Notes under the pieces: generated by a model
Databases searched by the model: none
The model's input: only the letters and a program-made list of their open reading frames with translations
What the model was told of the DNA's origin: nothing
Program-made: the position numbers and the translations under genes
NCBI GenBank assembly: GCA_042572045.1
Contig: JBHPFI010000001.1
Location: 112,015-176,014 of the forward strand
Length of the DNA stretch: 64,000 nucleotides
DNA from: Candidatus Omnitrophota bacterium
GTDB lineage: Bacteria; Omnitrophota; Gorgyraeia; Gorgyraeales; Gorgyraeaceae
Reading direction: 5' to 3'
Part shown: one piece after another, positions 17,893 through 26,836 of the stretch
Layout of the letters: every line of letters starts with the position of its first letter
How positions within the stretch are numbered: the first letter of the stretch is position 1

Positions 17893-19314
17893 TTATCCTA
17901 TGATCTTACTCAGAGAAGATATCCCATATCTTAAAATACACATCCGCTCTCTAAAACTTCCCGCCAGCTTGAGTCTTTCCAGAACATATCCCGGGCGCAC
18001 ATAAAAACCTCTTAATGCCTTTTTTCTTAATTCGATAAGCCTTTCTCTGGTCAGAGATAATGTAGGGCACTGAGACCCGGTATAGGAGTCTCTTGAAACC
18101 CCAGAAGCAGAGTAGTTATCGATCAACCCATTCTCTTTTATTATTTGAAAAAGCTCGGTCCCCTCAAACGCTGACGGTAAAAAGAAATCGAGATAATCAG
18201 GCGCTATCTTTCTTGAAAAAGAGATGGTTTCTCCTATAGTATCCTCTGTATCCCACGGGAAACCTATTATGAAATAGGCATACGTCTGTATACCATTCTT
18301 CCTGCAGAGACTAAAGGCTTCTTCGATATCACTTACCGTGATATCCTTTTTTATTTTATCCAGAATATACTGAGAACTGCTTTCAACCCCCAGAGAAAGA
18401 GCAAAACACCCGCTTTCTTTCATCATATTAAGCATATGATCGTCCAGCGTATCAACCCTGCTGTTAGCGAACCATCTGATCTTTAAATTCTTATCAATAA
18501 TGCCTCTACATAGATCGATGACCCATTTCCTGTCAAGTGAGAACAAATCAGACTTAAAATGGAAGTCAAAGATATTATGCTCATGATTGCAAAGTTCTAT
18601 CTCTTCAATAATCTTTTCAACTGAGCGCCTTCTATGGTCCTTACCGTAAGCAAAAGAAGTAAGGCAAAAAATACACTGATACGGGCACCCCCTGCTTACC
18701 TCTATCAGTCCAAGTGGCCGTCCATTATCGGGCCTTTTATATAATTCATTCTTTATTAAGCCTCTGTTGACTATTGGGATAGCGTCTAAATCCTTGAGAA
18801 ACGGTCTTTTATCGGTCTTGGAGATCGACCCCTTATAGCGATAAAAGACCCCCCTGACCCTGTTTTTATCCTCATATTCCAGAAATTCATATAATGTAAA
18901 ATCCGTCTCTCCGTAAAATACAGCATCTATGGAACTTTCATTTTCCATAACTTTTCCGGCTATATTCTCGATCATGCCGCAGCGTAATATAACGATCAGG
19001 TCCTTTTTTATTTTTTTCGCTATCTGAGCGCACGCGATATCATCCTTTAATGTGGGGATCGTCCCGTTTATTACCAGGATATCCGGCAATATCTCTTTCA
19101 GATCGAGCTCATAATCCCAGACTGACTTTTTTTCGATCGGATAATCTCTGATAATAACTTCGTACCCATGACCTTCCAACACCGCCGCCATAGTCAATAA
19201 TTCGTGCGGAGGGCGGGTTACTGAGATCAAAAAATTTCCAACGTCACTTTGACAGCGATCATCACGAATGAAAAGGCCTGTAGGAGGATTTACCATTAAA
19301 ACTTTTTTTTCCAT
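17893..19314 (-). CDS. B12-binding domain radical SAM enzyme (paralogue C)
   Basis: NPPTGLFIRDDRCQ N-terminus. SRGCPYQCIFC (CX3CX2C). GVESSSQ. Confidence 0.8.
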   Translation of the reverse strand: MEKKVLMVNPPTGLFIRDDRCQSDVGNFLISVTRPPHELLTMAAVLEGHGYEVIIRDYPIEKKSVWDYELDLKEILPDILVINGTIPTLKDDIACAQIAKKIKKDLIVILRCGMIENIAGKVMENESSIDAVFYGETDFTLYEFLEYEDKNRVRGVFYRYKGSISKTDKRPFLKDLDAIPIVNRGLIKNELYKRPDNGRPLGLIEVSRGCPYQCIFCLTSFAYGKDHRRRSVEKIIEEIELCNHEHNIFDFHFKSDLFSLDRKWVIDLCRGIIDKNLKIRWFANSRVDTLDDHMLNMMKESGCFALSLGVESSSQYILDKIKKDITVSDIEEAFSLCRKNGIQTYAYFIIGFPWDTEDTIGETISFSRKIAPDYLDFFLPSAFEGTELFQIIKENGLIDNYSASGVSRDSYTGSQCPTLSLTRERLIELRKKALRGFYVRPGYVLERLKLAGSFRERMCILRYGISSLSKIIG

Positions 19315-19317
19315 AAC

Positions 19318-20745
19318 TTAGACTACCCTCTTTACCAATCTACATCCCCATTTTATGTAGTTAAAAAGGACCCTGGGGTTTTTAGCGCCCATCATTTTTT
19401 TAACTATATATTTAGGCCGAAAATAAAAAGAGGCCAACATATCCTTACGCAGGTCTGTGATTTCATCAGGGGACAGCGAAAAAGTACGCAGTATCGGATT
19501 AATATGGGAAAACCTTTCATAATCCCTTGATATGAAAAGATCCTCTTTACCAGCCATTTCATATAACTCGCTGCCTATTAAGGGATAAGGCACATTCACT
19601 TCCATAAAGTCAGGGTCTAACTTAAGAAGAAGTTCTTTAGTCTCATTGATAGTTGTATGGTCATCCCATGGAAAACCAATGATACAGTGAAAAAATGTCC
19701 GTAAACCGCTTTCTTTTGCCAGCCTGTGCGCATCTTCAATGTCTTTAACGCATATGTTCTTTTTGATCTTTTTCAAGATAGTATCGCTGCCGCTCTCTAC
19801 GCCGAAACCTACTATATCACAACCTGCCTTCTTCATCGCTTTAAACATCTCCATGTCGGTCCTATCTACTCTGCTATTAGCGCCCCAGGAGATACTGATC
19901 TTCTCCTCACCTACTCTCTTACAAAAAGCCATCACCCATTTTTTATCAAGGGTAAAGTTGTCGGATCGAAAAAAGAAGCTGCTCACATCATATCTTACAA
20001 GGCACTCCTTGATCTCTCCGATAACATTATCGACACTTCTGGTCTGCACTTTCTTCCCTAAATATACCGGTGCTGAACAAAAGATACATTCACCAGGGCA
20101 ACCTCTTGAAAGGTAGATATAAGCTATCGGCTCCCCTGAGTCGGGCCGGACATAATCCTTTCTGTTTAAAAAATATCTCGGTGGAGAAGGATATCCGTCT
20201 ATATGAAAAGTACTTCCGACATCCAGACTCACAGGCTCGTGAATTGTCCGACCGGACAGCACATAGGCATTTTTTAGCCTGTCGACCCTGCCGAGATCCA
20301 TTAAAATATCCTGGATAATCTGCTCAAAATTCCTGACAATAAAGTATATTTTATTACGGCTGTTTAATTCAACGACAGCAAGTTCGCCTCTAAGATATGG
20401 GAAATCCAGGAACGGCGCTTTAATGATAAAAAAGGGATCTTTTACCCTGTCGTTTAAAGACTTGATAAAATTCATATCGTTTTTAAAGGTCCCCTGGGTA
20501 GTCTCTATATAATAACAATCCGCGTTGAAACTGGCTGCGTCAGAAAGGACATCTTCCAGATCGAATCCCGGCACGCTATAATCCTTTAAAAAGACTTCAT
20601 GACCGTATTTTTGGAAGAGTCCGGCCAGATAAAGGATCTGGACAGGTTCTCGGATATTCTCTGCAACGCGGGAATTTACATCTATCTGGCACCGCTCATC
20701 GCGTATAAAAAGTCCTGTAGGAGGGTTGCAGAAAAATATTTTCAT
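19318..20745 (-). CDS. B12-binding domain radical SAM enzyme (paralogue B)
   Basis: NPPTGLFIRDERCQ and SRGCPGECIFC. I chose the ATG at 20745 because it forms an ATGA overlap with the upstream stop. The track start is 20763. Confidence 0.8.
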   Translation of the reverse strand: MKIFFCNPPTGLFIRDERCQIDVNSRVAENIREPVQILYLAGLFQKYGHEVFLKDYSVPGFDLEDVLSDAASFNADCYYIETTQGTFKNDMNFIKSLNDRVKDPFFIIKAPFLDFPYLRGELAVVELNSRNKIYFIVRNFEQIIQDILMDLGRVDRLKNAYVLSGRTIHEPVSLDVGSTFHIDGYPSPPRYFLNRKDYVRPDSGEPIAYIYLSRGCPGECIFCSAPVYLGKKVQTRSVDNVIGEIKECLVRYDVSSFFFRSDNFTLDKKWVMAFCKRVGEEKISISWGANSRVDRTDMEMFKAMKKAGCDIVGFGVESGSDTILKKIKKNICVKDIEDAHRLAKESGLRTFFHCIIGFPWDDHTTINETKELLLKLDPDFMEVNVPYPLIGSELYEMAGKEDLFISRDYERFSHINPILRTFSLSPDEITDLRKDMLASFYFRPKYIVKKMMGAKNPRVLFNYIKWGCRLVKRVV

Positions 20746-22145
20746 GTAAAAAGTATGTCCCAAAAGGCCTTAAAATATTTCCTTAAAGCTGGTATTGACA
20801 TATTATCTCCCAATTTTTTAAAAATTATCCTTCTGCGAACATAAAATCTAAGGTACATTGACTTAATATATCTTATAATCTCCTCTGGGCTAAAAGGCGT
20901 GTCCATTAAAGGAGGCGCTGAGACATTTTTTTTGTCCAGGACATATTGCCTCCAATAATCTTCACTCCCATTTTTAGTTCTGTGCTCTTCATAGAATTTT
21001 GTCCCCGGGAAAAGGGTAAAACGGGTCACCTGTATTTCGTCAAGCGGCATTGAAAGCGCAAAGCGTTTTGTTTTCTTCAGACTAGAGATAGTCTCTCCGG
21101 GACATCCCAGCATAAAAAACCCAAATACGGTTATCCCATTCTCGTGGGTCATCCTGACGGTATCAGCTATGCGTGACAACTTTTCATTTTTTCCCAGACG
21201 ATCCAGGATCCTTTGATCGCCGCTTTCAATACCATACATTATGCGATACAGGCCGGCTGCCTTCATCTCTCCCAGCAACTCCCTGTCGATCAGATCTGCC
21301 CTGGTCCTTATAGTCCAGATGATCTTTATATCGCGCTTAATGATCTCACGGCATATTTCTGATGCGCGCTCCCTATTAATACTAAAAGTCTGATCGTAAA
21401 AATCTATCTCTCTTATGTCGTATTTGTTGTAACATTCCTCTATTTCATCTACAATATTCCTGGGACTCCGCATATAGCATTTCGATAAAGTCGATACACA
21501 ATATTTACACTTAAAAGGACAGCCCGTCCCGGTTAGCATTGCTGTAAAATTCTTTTTTTTGCAAATGAAGTTGCCATACAGATCATTCTTCAATAAGTCC
21601 CTGGATGGAAAAGGTATCGAGTCCGGATCTTTTTGTATTTTTTTTGTGATCTTATTTATGAAGGTCTCCCCGTTTTTCCTATAACATAACCCCTCTATTC
21701 GATGATACTCATCGATCTTACCAAAAGAGGACAAAAAAGCGCCCAGGGAATCTTCAGCACCACCTATAAGCCCAATGTCTATTTCAGGATGAGCCATTGT
21801 TTCCAGAGGATAGAGGCTGAGATGGAATCCGCCGACAATAACAGGAATGTCTACAGCCCTTTTTATCTCTCTTATCCAATCAAGTACAGGATGAAAGAGA
21901 TACGTCGTTATGGTAAAACCTAAAAGATCCGGACCGTATCTTTTAATGTAACCGACCAGCTCATCAAATGAAAAGTCTTCGACCTGCAGATCGATCAACC
22001 GGACTTCGTGGCCACACTTCCGTATTATTGAAGCTACATAACATAGATTTAGCGGAGGTATCGCCCCCATGTTCTTTTCCTGCGCTTCCAGGCAGTTCCA
22101 GTGGACTTCCGGTAAAAAATTATTATATAGGAGAAGTACTTTCAT
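20742..22145 (-). CDS. B12-binding domain radical SAM enzyme (paralogue A, more divergent)
   Basis: N-terminal Rossmann-like B12 domain (VIVGGFH). TGTGCPFKCKYC. ATGA overlap with the upstream gene. Confidence 0.8.
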   Translation of the reverse strand: MKVLLLYNNFLPEVHWNCLEAQEKNMGAIPPLNLCYVASIIRKCGHEVRLIDLQVEDFSFDELVGYIKRYGPDLLGFTITTYLFHPVLDWIREIKRAVDIPVIVGGFHLSLYPLETMAHPEIDIGLIGGAEDSLGAFLSSFGKIDEYHRIEGLCYRKNGETFINKITKKIQKDPDSIPFPSRDLLKNDLYGNFICKKKNFTAMLTGTGCPFKCKYCVSTLSKCYMRSPRNIVDEIEECYNKYDIREIDFYDQTFSINRERASEICREIIKRDIKIIWTIRTRADLIDRELLGEMKAAGLYRIMYGIESGDQRILDRLGKNEKLSRIADTVRMTHENGITVFGFFMLGCPGETISSLKKTKRFALSMPLDEIQVTRFTLFPGTKFYEEHRTKNGSEDYWRQYVLDKKNVSAPPLMDTPFSPEEIIRYIKSMYLRFYVRRRIIFKKLGDNMSIPALRKYFKAFWDILFT

Positions 22146-24826
22146 TTTACCCAGAAATATATGTTATAGAACGACTTTGTCCTTTGATCGTATGTGATAA
22201 CGTCTACTCTCTTTGGCAATGGACCTTTCAGAGGTAACTTAATATTTATTTCCTCCTCATCTCCTGAAGCTAGGCTCACGACGCCCGTTGCCCGCGGCGC
22301 AAGGATTTCTTCTATTTCCCTATTATTGGCTCTGTCAAATAATATCTTATCAATTTGTACAAACCCTTCGCCAGAATCATCTTGCCTTACTGCAAATATA
22401 TTTATAGAGCCCCCTTCCTCTGCCAAGTCAAGCCAAGTTCCGTAGATAGCTGCATAATCTTTAAAATTATGGCTTATACTTTCTTTTATCTTTTTCATCT
22501 TCTTGTCTCCCACATATAAATCTATGTTATCTGTTATTTCTGTGACTAAGCAATATACTTTATAATTATCCGGTTTTATATCCAAATCGCCTCTTAATAC
22601 ACTTGACCTTTTAGTATTTATTAAATCCATCCTCATATCACTACCAGCGTAAAAGCTCGTATCACTACCAGCGTAAAAGCTAACAGGTGCCCACTTATGT
22701 CCTCCAATAGATGTCTCATATAAAGATCTGGCATCTATAGTATAATCTGAGATAAAAATGTTATATGTATACGCATTTTTAGCCAAAGCATTATTTCTTA
22801 TTATGAAGCTAAAAATAAGATTTTCGTTTATCTTTTCCAAAGGGAATTTCCCTAACGTAGCATAACTGCCATCACTCCCTATATCAATAACGCTATATGC
22901 GTCTCCTGAAAAATTGAAACTTCTCCCTGATGTTCCGTTTTTCTCCAAAACTCCTTCTGCCATAATTCTGTCAAAAACTCCATCTTTATCCATGTCAACG
23001 AAGTCAAAGAAGACCTCCTTATCCTGTATGACATTCTTACCGGCCTTAATTGTCACATACGGGAAAAAAACCTCTGTCATTTCAGTACGCCTGACGTTAA
23101 AAAGCGGGTCCACATCTACTGAGATTTTGAATCTTTCTAAACGCTCGCTATTCTTTACTAAATACGGATAACATATAGTGGCTAGCTTACCGTTATCATA
23201 AAGGCGTATTACCTTAGTGGAACTCGTTATCCGCTCATAAAATGAGGGGGGATTTTCTGCCTTTGCACGATACGAAATTGTAAAAAGATCTTTAAGTTCT
23301 CCCGTTGTGATGTAATTTATTTGTTCGTTTTCTAAAAATTCAAACGGGGTTTTACTCATTTCTAATAGTTCGCTTTTGTCTTTTTCTAAAACAAATGTTT
23401 CGGCGTCCTTCACATGCCCATAAAACTGATCCCCTCCCCCACTCTCATATCTAAAACTCATTGTTTCACGGTAAGGCAAAAAATCATAAGCAGAATAATA
23501 AAATTCATATTTTCCATATATATCCAAAACTTGTTTTTTTATATTAAGAAAACAAAATAGTCCTAAACAAATCATTAAGCCCAGGAACAGAAACAAAGAG
23601 ACTATTTTTGAGACATTCTTTCTGGAAACATATCTAAACACAAAATAACTTCCGCATAAAATAACGATAAAACTGATCAAGAAGGGTATGCAAATATGAT
23701 ATATAATTACTTTTAACAAATTTTTGACGCTGTCCAGAACAAGATAATTATTTTTATAATACACCAAAAAATAACCCTGTACTGCGGCTATACTTGCGAG
23801 ATAGCTTAATGTGAACCTCGACGTTGTAACTCTTTTGAACAGATAAGCTAAAGCGTATCCTATGACTATACTTAACATTGGAACTGCCGGAAGAACTCCT
23901 CGAGGAGCATGATGCTGAGGAGAGATTATTGTAAGAAAAAAATATGACGATATATAAGAAATTAAAAGTGAATTTATGAATCTTTTCTGTTTATCAAAAA
24001 AATACAAAAAAATAAAGATCGCTAGTATAGGTATTATGAGCTGTAATAATATACTATAATAATCAAAATGCTCCAGCACCAAGTGCCCATAATGTCTTGC
24101 TAATTCTGACTCTATGATATTATCCCCTCTATCTGTATAAAACCACTTTCCTAATAATCGGTATCTCCATATAAATACTGGGGACAACAATATAAAAAGT
24201 GCTATTAAAAACAATAAAGTATGCTTGGCTTTACCCAGGTAGACTTTTTTGTCTTTTTTCTTATGTGCCCATTGCAGAAGTAAAAATATAAAAAGCCCAC
24301 CCACGCAGGCCAAATAAAAAGTCTTCATATTAAAAGCAAGAAACACTGATATACATCCAAACAAAACCCACTTTTTAGATTGAACTATATTTGCTTTGTA
24401 AAGACAGTACAAAGATAAAGTGATAAGTAAAGTAGGTATTGTATATCCCTCTATAACATGCGCCCATCCTACATGTAAAGGAAATATTGCCAATATAAGT
24501 GCAGATAAGGATGCTGCGATTACTCCATATGCCTCTTTTGATAATTTATAAACTATTACTATGGTCAAAGTACTAAAAATAGCGTTGGCCAGTTTAAGGA
24601 TAATAAAATTCTGCCCAAAAACTCTCATAAAACCTGCATAAAGTATGCTTAATCCCGGAGAAAAGGGCAATAAATCCTTCCAGCCATGCTCTAAAAGTCG
24701 AATGGCATGAAAGGCAATTTCACAATATCTCAGTGGAGTAGTAAGCGATAAATAAATTCTAATGATCGCCGCTGAGGCAATGATAGCAAAACCTATAAAA
24801 AGGTAACTTCTTCTCTGTATCATCAA
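22142..24826 (-). CDS. GT-C fold membrane glycosyltransferase (ArnT/PMT, GT39-like) with a ~450-aa periplasmic C-terminal domain
   Basis: About 12-14 TM helices in the first ~430 aa with ArnT-like topology, then a soluble domain. The first-loop acidic motif is degenerate (YCEIAF). Confidence 0.6.
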   Translation of the reverse strand: MMIQRRSYLFIGFAIIASAAIIRIYLSLTTPLRYCEIAFHAIRLLEHGWKDLLPFSPGLSILYAGFMRVFGQNFIILKLANAIFSTLTIVIVYKLSKEAYGVIAASLSALILAIFPLHVGWAHVIEGYTIPTLLITLSLYCLYKANIVQSKKWVLFGCISVFLAFNMKTFYLACVGGLFIFLLLQWAHKKKDKKVYLGKAKHTLLFLIALFILLSPVFIWRYRLLGKWFYTDRGDNIIESELARHYGHLVLEHFDYYSILLQLIIPILAIFIFLYFFDKQKRFINSLLISYISSYFFLTIISPQHHAPRGVLPAVPMLSIVIGYALAYLFKRVTTSRFTLSYLASIAAVQGYFLVYYKNNYLVLDSVKNLLKVIIYHICIPFLISFIVILCGSYFVFRYVSRKNVSKIVSLFLFLGLMICLGLFCFLNIKKQVLDIYGKYEFYYSAYDFLPYRETMSFRYESGGGDQFYGHVKDAETFVLEKDKSELLEMSKTPFEFLENEQINYITTGELKDLFTISYRAKAENPPSFYERITSSTKVIRLYDNGKLATICYPYLVKNSERLERFKISVDVDPLFNVRRTEMTEVFFPYVTIKAGKNVIQDKEVFFDFVDMDKDGVFDRIMAEGVLEKNGTSGRSFNFSGDAYSVIDIGSDGSYATLGKFPLEKINENLIFSFIIRNNALAKNAYTYNIFISDYTIDARSLYETSIGGHKWAPVSFYAGSDTSFYAGSDMRMDLINTKRSSVLRGDLDIKPDNYKVYCLVTEITDNIDLYVGDKKMKKIKESISHNFKDYAAIYGTWLDLAEEGGSINIFAVRQDDSGEGFVQIDKILFDRANNREIEEILAPRATGVVSLASGDEEEINIKLPLKGPLPKRVDVITYDQRTKSFYNIYFWVK

Positions 24827-24880
24827 GGATCTCTCTTTTTAGCCGCAATTTCCTGCAGCTTCTAATAATGGAAATGTTAT

Positions 24881-26836
24881 TTATTCGTATCTCAATGCTT
24901 CGATAGGATTCAGTCGAGACGCCTTTTTGGCAGGCCACAGGCCAAAAAACATACCTACGGCTATAGAAAAACTTGCGGCAAGTATAATATTAGATATGGT
25001 AACTTTGGTAGCCCATCCAGCCAGGGACGAAAGCGTTATAGATGTTGCTATGCCAAGCAGTATGCCCATCAACCCCCCGCTCAATGTCATAACCACTGAT
25101 TCAATAAGAAACTGTGTCATTATGTCCTTCGCCTTGCCGCCTACTGCCTTGCGCAGGCCGATCTCACGAGTGCGCTCTGTCACAGAAACAAGCATGATAT
25201 TCATGATGCCTATTCCGCCCACAAGAAGCGATATAGCAGCAATGCAGCCCAAAAGCATGCTCATGGTCTTGGTGGTGCTTGATAGCATTTCCTGGATCTC
25301 ACTCATATTATGCATATGAAAATAATCATCGGGGTTCTTGTATATGCGGTGCCGCTTTATAATAAAGTCCCTTATATCATTCTCTGCCTCTTCCATGGAT
25401 TCGATATCGATTACCTCAGCATAAATACCGTCAAAATAATCTTTACCCAATACCCTGTACATAGCAGTAGTCACAGGGATATAGATGACATCGTCACGGT
25501 CCCGCCAGCCGCTTGCACCTTTTTCAGGCGCGATGCCAATCACCTTAAAATTAATCCGGTTTATCTTTATTGTCTCGCCGACAGGATTTATATTGCCGAA
25601 AAGTTTTTCAACCACGCTTCTCCCCAGTATCGCTACTTTAGCGCGCTGGTCCATTTCTTCAGAGGTAAACCACCTGCCTATATCAGGTATGGCTGCCCGC
25701 ATCTGGCCATAGTCATACCCGACCCCTTCTACCCTGGTACTCCAGTTCTCGCTTTTATATACGACCTGACCGCTTCCGCTGGCATATCCGCTTACTCTTT
25801 TTATCAAAGCCAGGTTTCCAATGCCTTCGGCATCTCCTGCCATAAAACGCGTCACAGATCCTGCTGCCCTGGCCGCGCCCCTGACTTTACCAGAACCTCC
25901 TTGTATAGATAAAAGATTAGAGCCGAGTGTCTTAAGTCTTTGTTCCATTGATGCCTTAGCTCCCTGTCCAAGCGCAAGCATTGCTATGACTGCTGCCACG
26001 CCAAACAAGATACCGAGCATTGAAAGAAACGACCGGACCTTATTTGAAAAAATAGCCCTGAATGACTGACGGACGTGTTCCTTGAACTCAACCTTACCAA
26101 AATAAGAATGGCCCTGGCCTGTCAGCTCTTTAATAGATACCTTGATGTCTTGGCGGCTTTTATTTTTGTCTTTGGCCTCATCAGAGACTATTTTACCATC
26201 GCGCATCGTTATGATCCTTTTTGCGTGCTGGGCGATTTCTTGTTCGTGCGTGACAAGGATTATAGTCTTACCCTGCGAGTTTAAGCCCTTTAGGATCTTT
26301 ATTATCTCTTCTTCGCTCTTTGTATCCAGGTTTCCTGTGGGTTCGTCTGCAAAAATGATCAGTGGGTCATTTACCAGCGCTCTCGCAATAGCCACTCTCT
26401 GCTGCTCGCCCCCTGATAATTCACTTGGCATATGTTTTGAACGTTCAGCAAGGCCTACTGACTCTAAATTCTTCCGAGCGTTTTCTATCCCCTTGTTTTT
26501 GCCGGAATAGATAAGGGGCAACTCCACGTTCTCAAGGGCGCTGGTCCTGCGAAGCAAATGAAACTGCTGGAATACAAAACCCACGAGTCGATTTCTAAGT
26601 TGTGCGAGTTCACCATCTGAGAGTTGTGAAATCTCAGTACCCAAAATATTATACGACCCTTTGTCTGGACGGTCCAAAAAACCCAGCATGTGAAGAAGAG
26701 TGGATTTACCTGAGCCAGAAGGTCCCATGATGGCCACAAATTCACCCTGACCGATATTAAGCGAAACATCGTCTAGTGCAGCAATAGACGCATCGCCTTT
26801 GCCATACGTTTTACAAATATTTTTTAGCTCTATCAT
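24881..26836 (-). CDS. macB: MacB-type ABC transporter (fused ATPase and FtsX permease)
   Basis: GPSGSGKST and LSGGEQQRVAIARAL. C-terminal four-TM FtsX domain ending EALRYE. Confidence 0.85.
   Translation of the reverse strand: MIELKNICKTYGKGDASIAALDDVSLNIGQGEFVAIMGPSGSGKSTLLHMLGFLDRPDKGSYNILGTEISQLSDGELAQLRNRLVGFVFQQFHLLRRTSALENVELPLIYSGKNKGIENARKNLESVGLAERSKHMPSELSGGEQQRVAIARALVNDPLIIFADEPTGNLDTKSEEEIIKILKGLNSQGKTIILVTHEQEIAQHAKRIITMRDGKIVSDEAKDKNKSRQDIKVSIKELTGQGHSYFGKVEFKEHVRQSFRAIFSNKVRSFLSMLGILFGVAAVIAMLALGQGAKASMEQRLKTLGSNLLSIQGGSGKVRGAARAAGSVTRFMAGDAEGIGNLALIKRVSGYASGSGQVVYKSENWSTRVEGVGYDYGQMRAAIPDIGRWFTSEEMDQRAKVAILGRSVVEKLFGNINPVGETIKINRINFKVIGIAPEKGASGWRDRDDVIYIPVTTAMYRVLGKDYFDGIYAEVIDIESMEEAENDIRDFIIKRHRIYKNPDDYFHMHNMSEIQEMLSSTTKTMSMLLGCIAAISLLVGGIGIMNIMLVSVTERTREIGLRKAVGGKAKDIMTQFLIESVVMTLSGGLMGILLGIATSITLSSLAGWATKVTISNIILAASFSIAVGMFFGLWPAKKASRLNPIEALRYE

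Noticed and set aside
13085-24826. Reading the cluster as a RiPP or lasso-peptide locus (AsnB-like cyclase, B12-rSAM methylases and the adjacent ABC exporter).
   Set aside because: There is no room for a precursor-peptide ORF; the largest intergenic gap is 33 nt. There is no transglutaminase-like leader peptidase or RRE/PqqD-like gene. The GT2 plus GT-C pair points to glycan or lipid chemistry. The idea is kept only as an alternative for the Cys-less AsnB homologue.
13048-24917. An integrase, recombinase or transposase that would explain the att-like direct repeat.
   Set aside because: All seven ORFs inside have biosynthetic motifs, and no tyrosine/serine recombinase or DDE motif was seen in any frame. 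The island interpretation therefore stays an inference from the repeat structure alone.
25310-25912. Long antisense ORFs in the six-frame track. Examples: 25310-25912(+), 30896-31528(+), 46052-46525(+), 59783-60238(+), 4796-5170(-), 2534-2845(-), 3107-3448(-), 24927-25319(+).
   Set aside because: Each lies wholly inside a well-supported gene on the opposite strand. Their composition is low-complexity or repetitive, and they have no ribosome-binding site or recognisable motifs. They are shadow ORFs.
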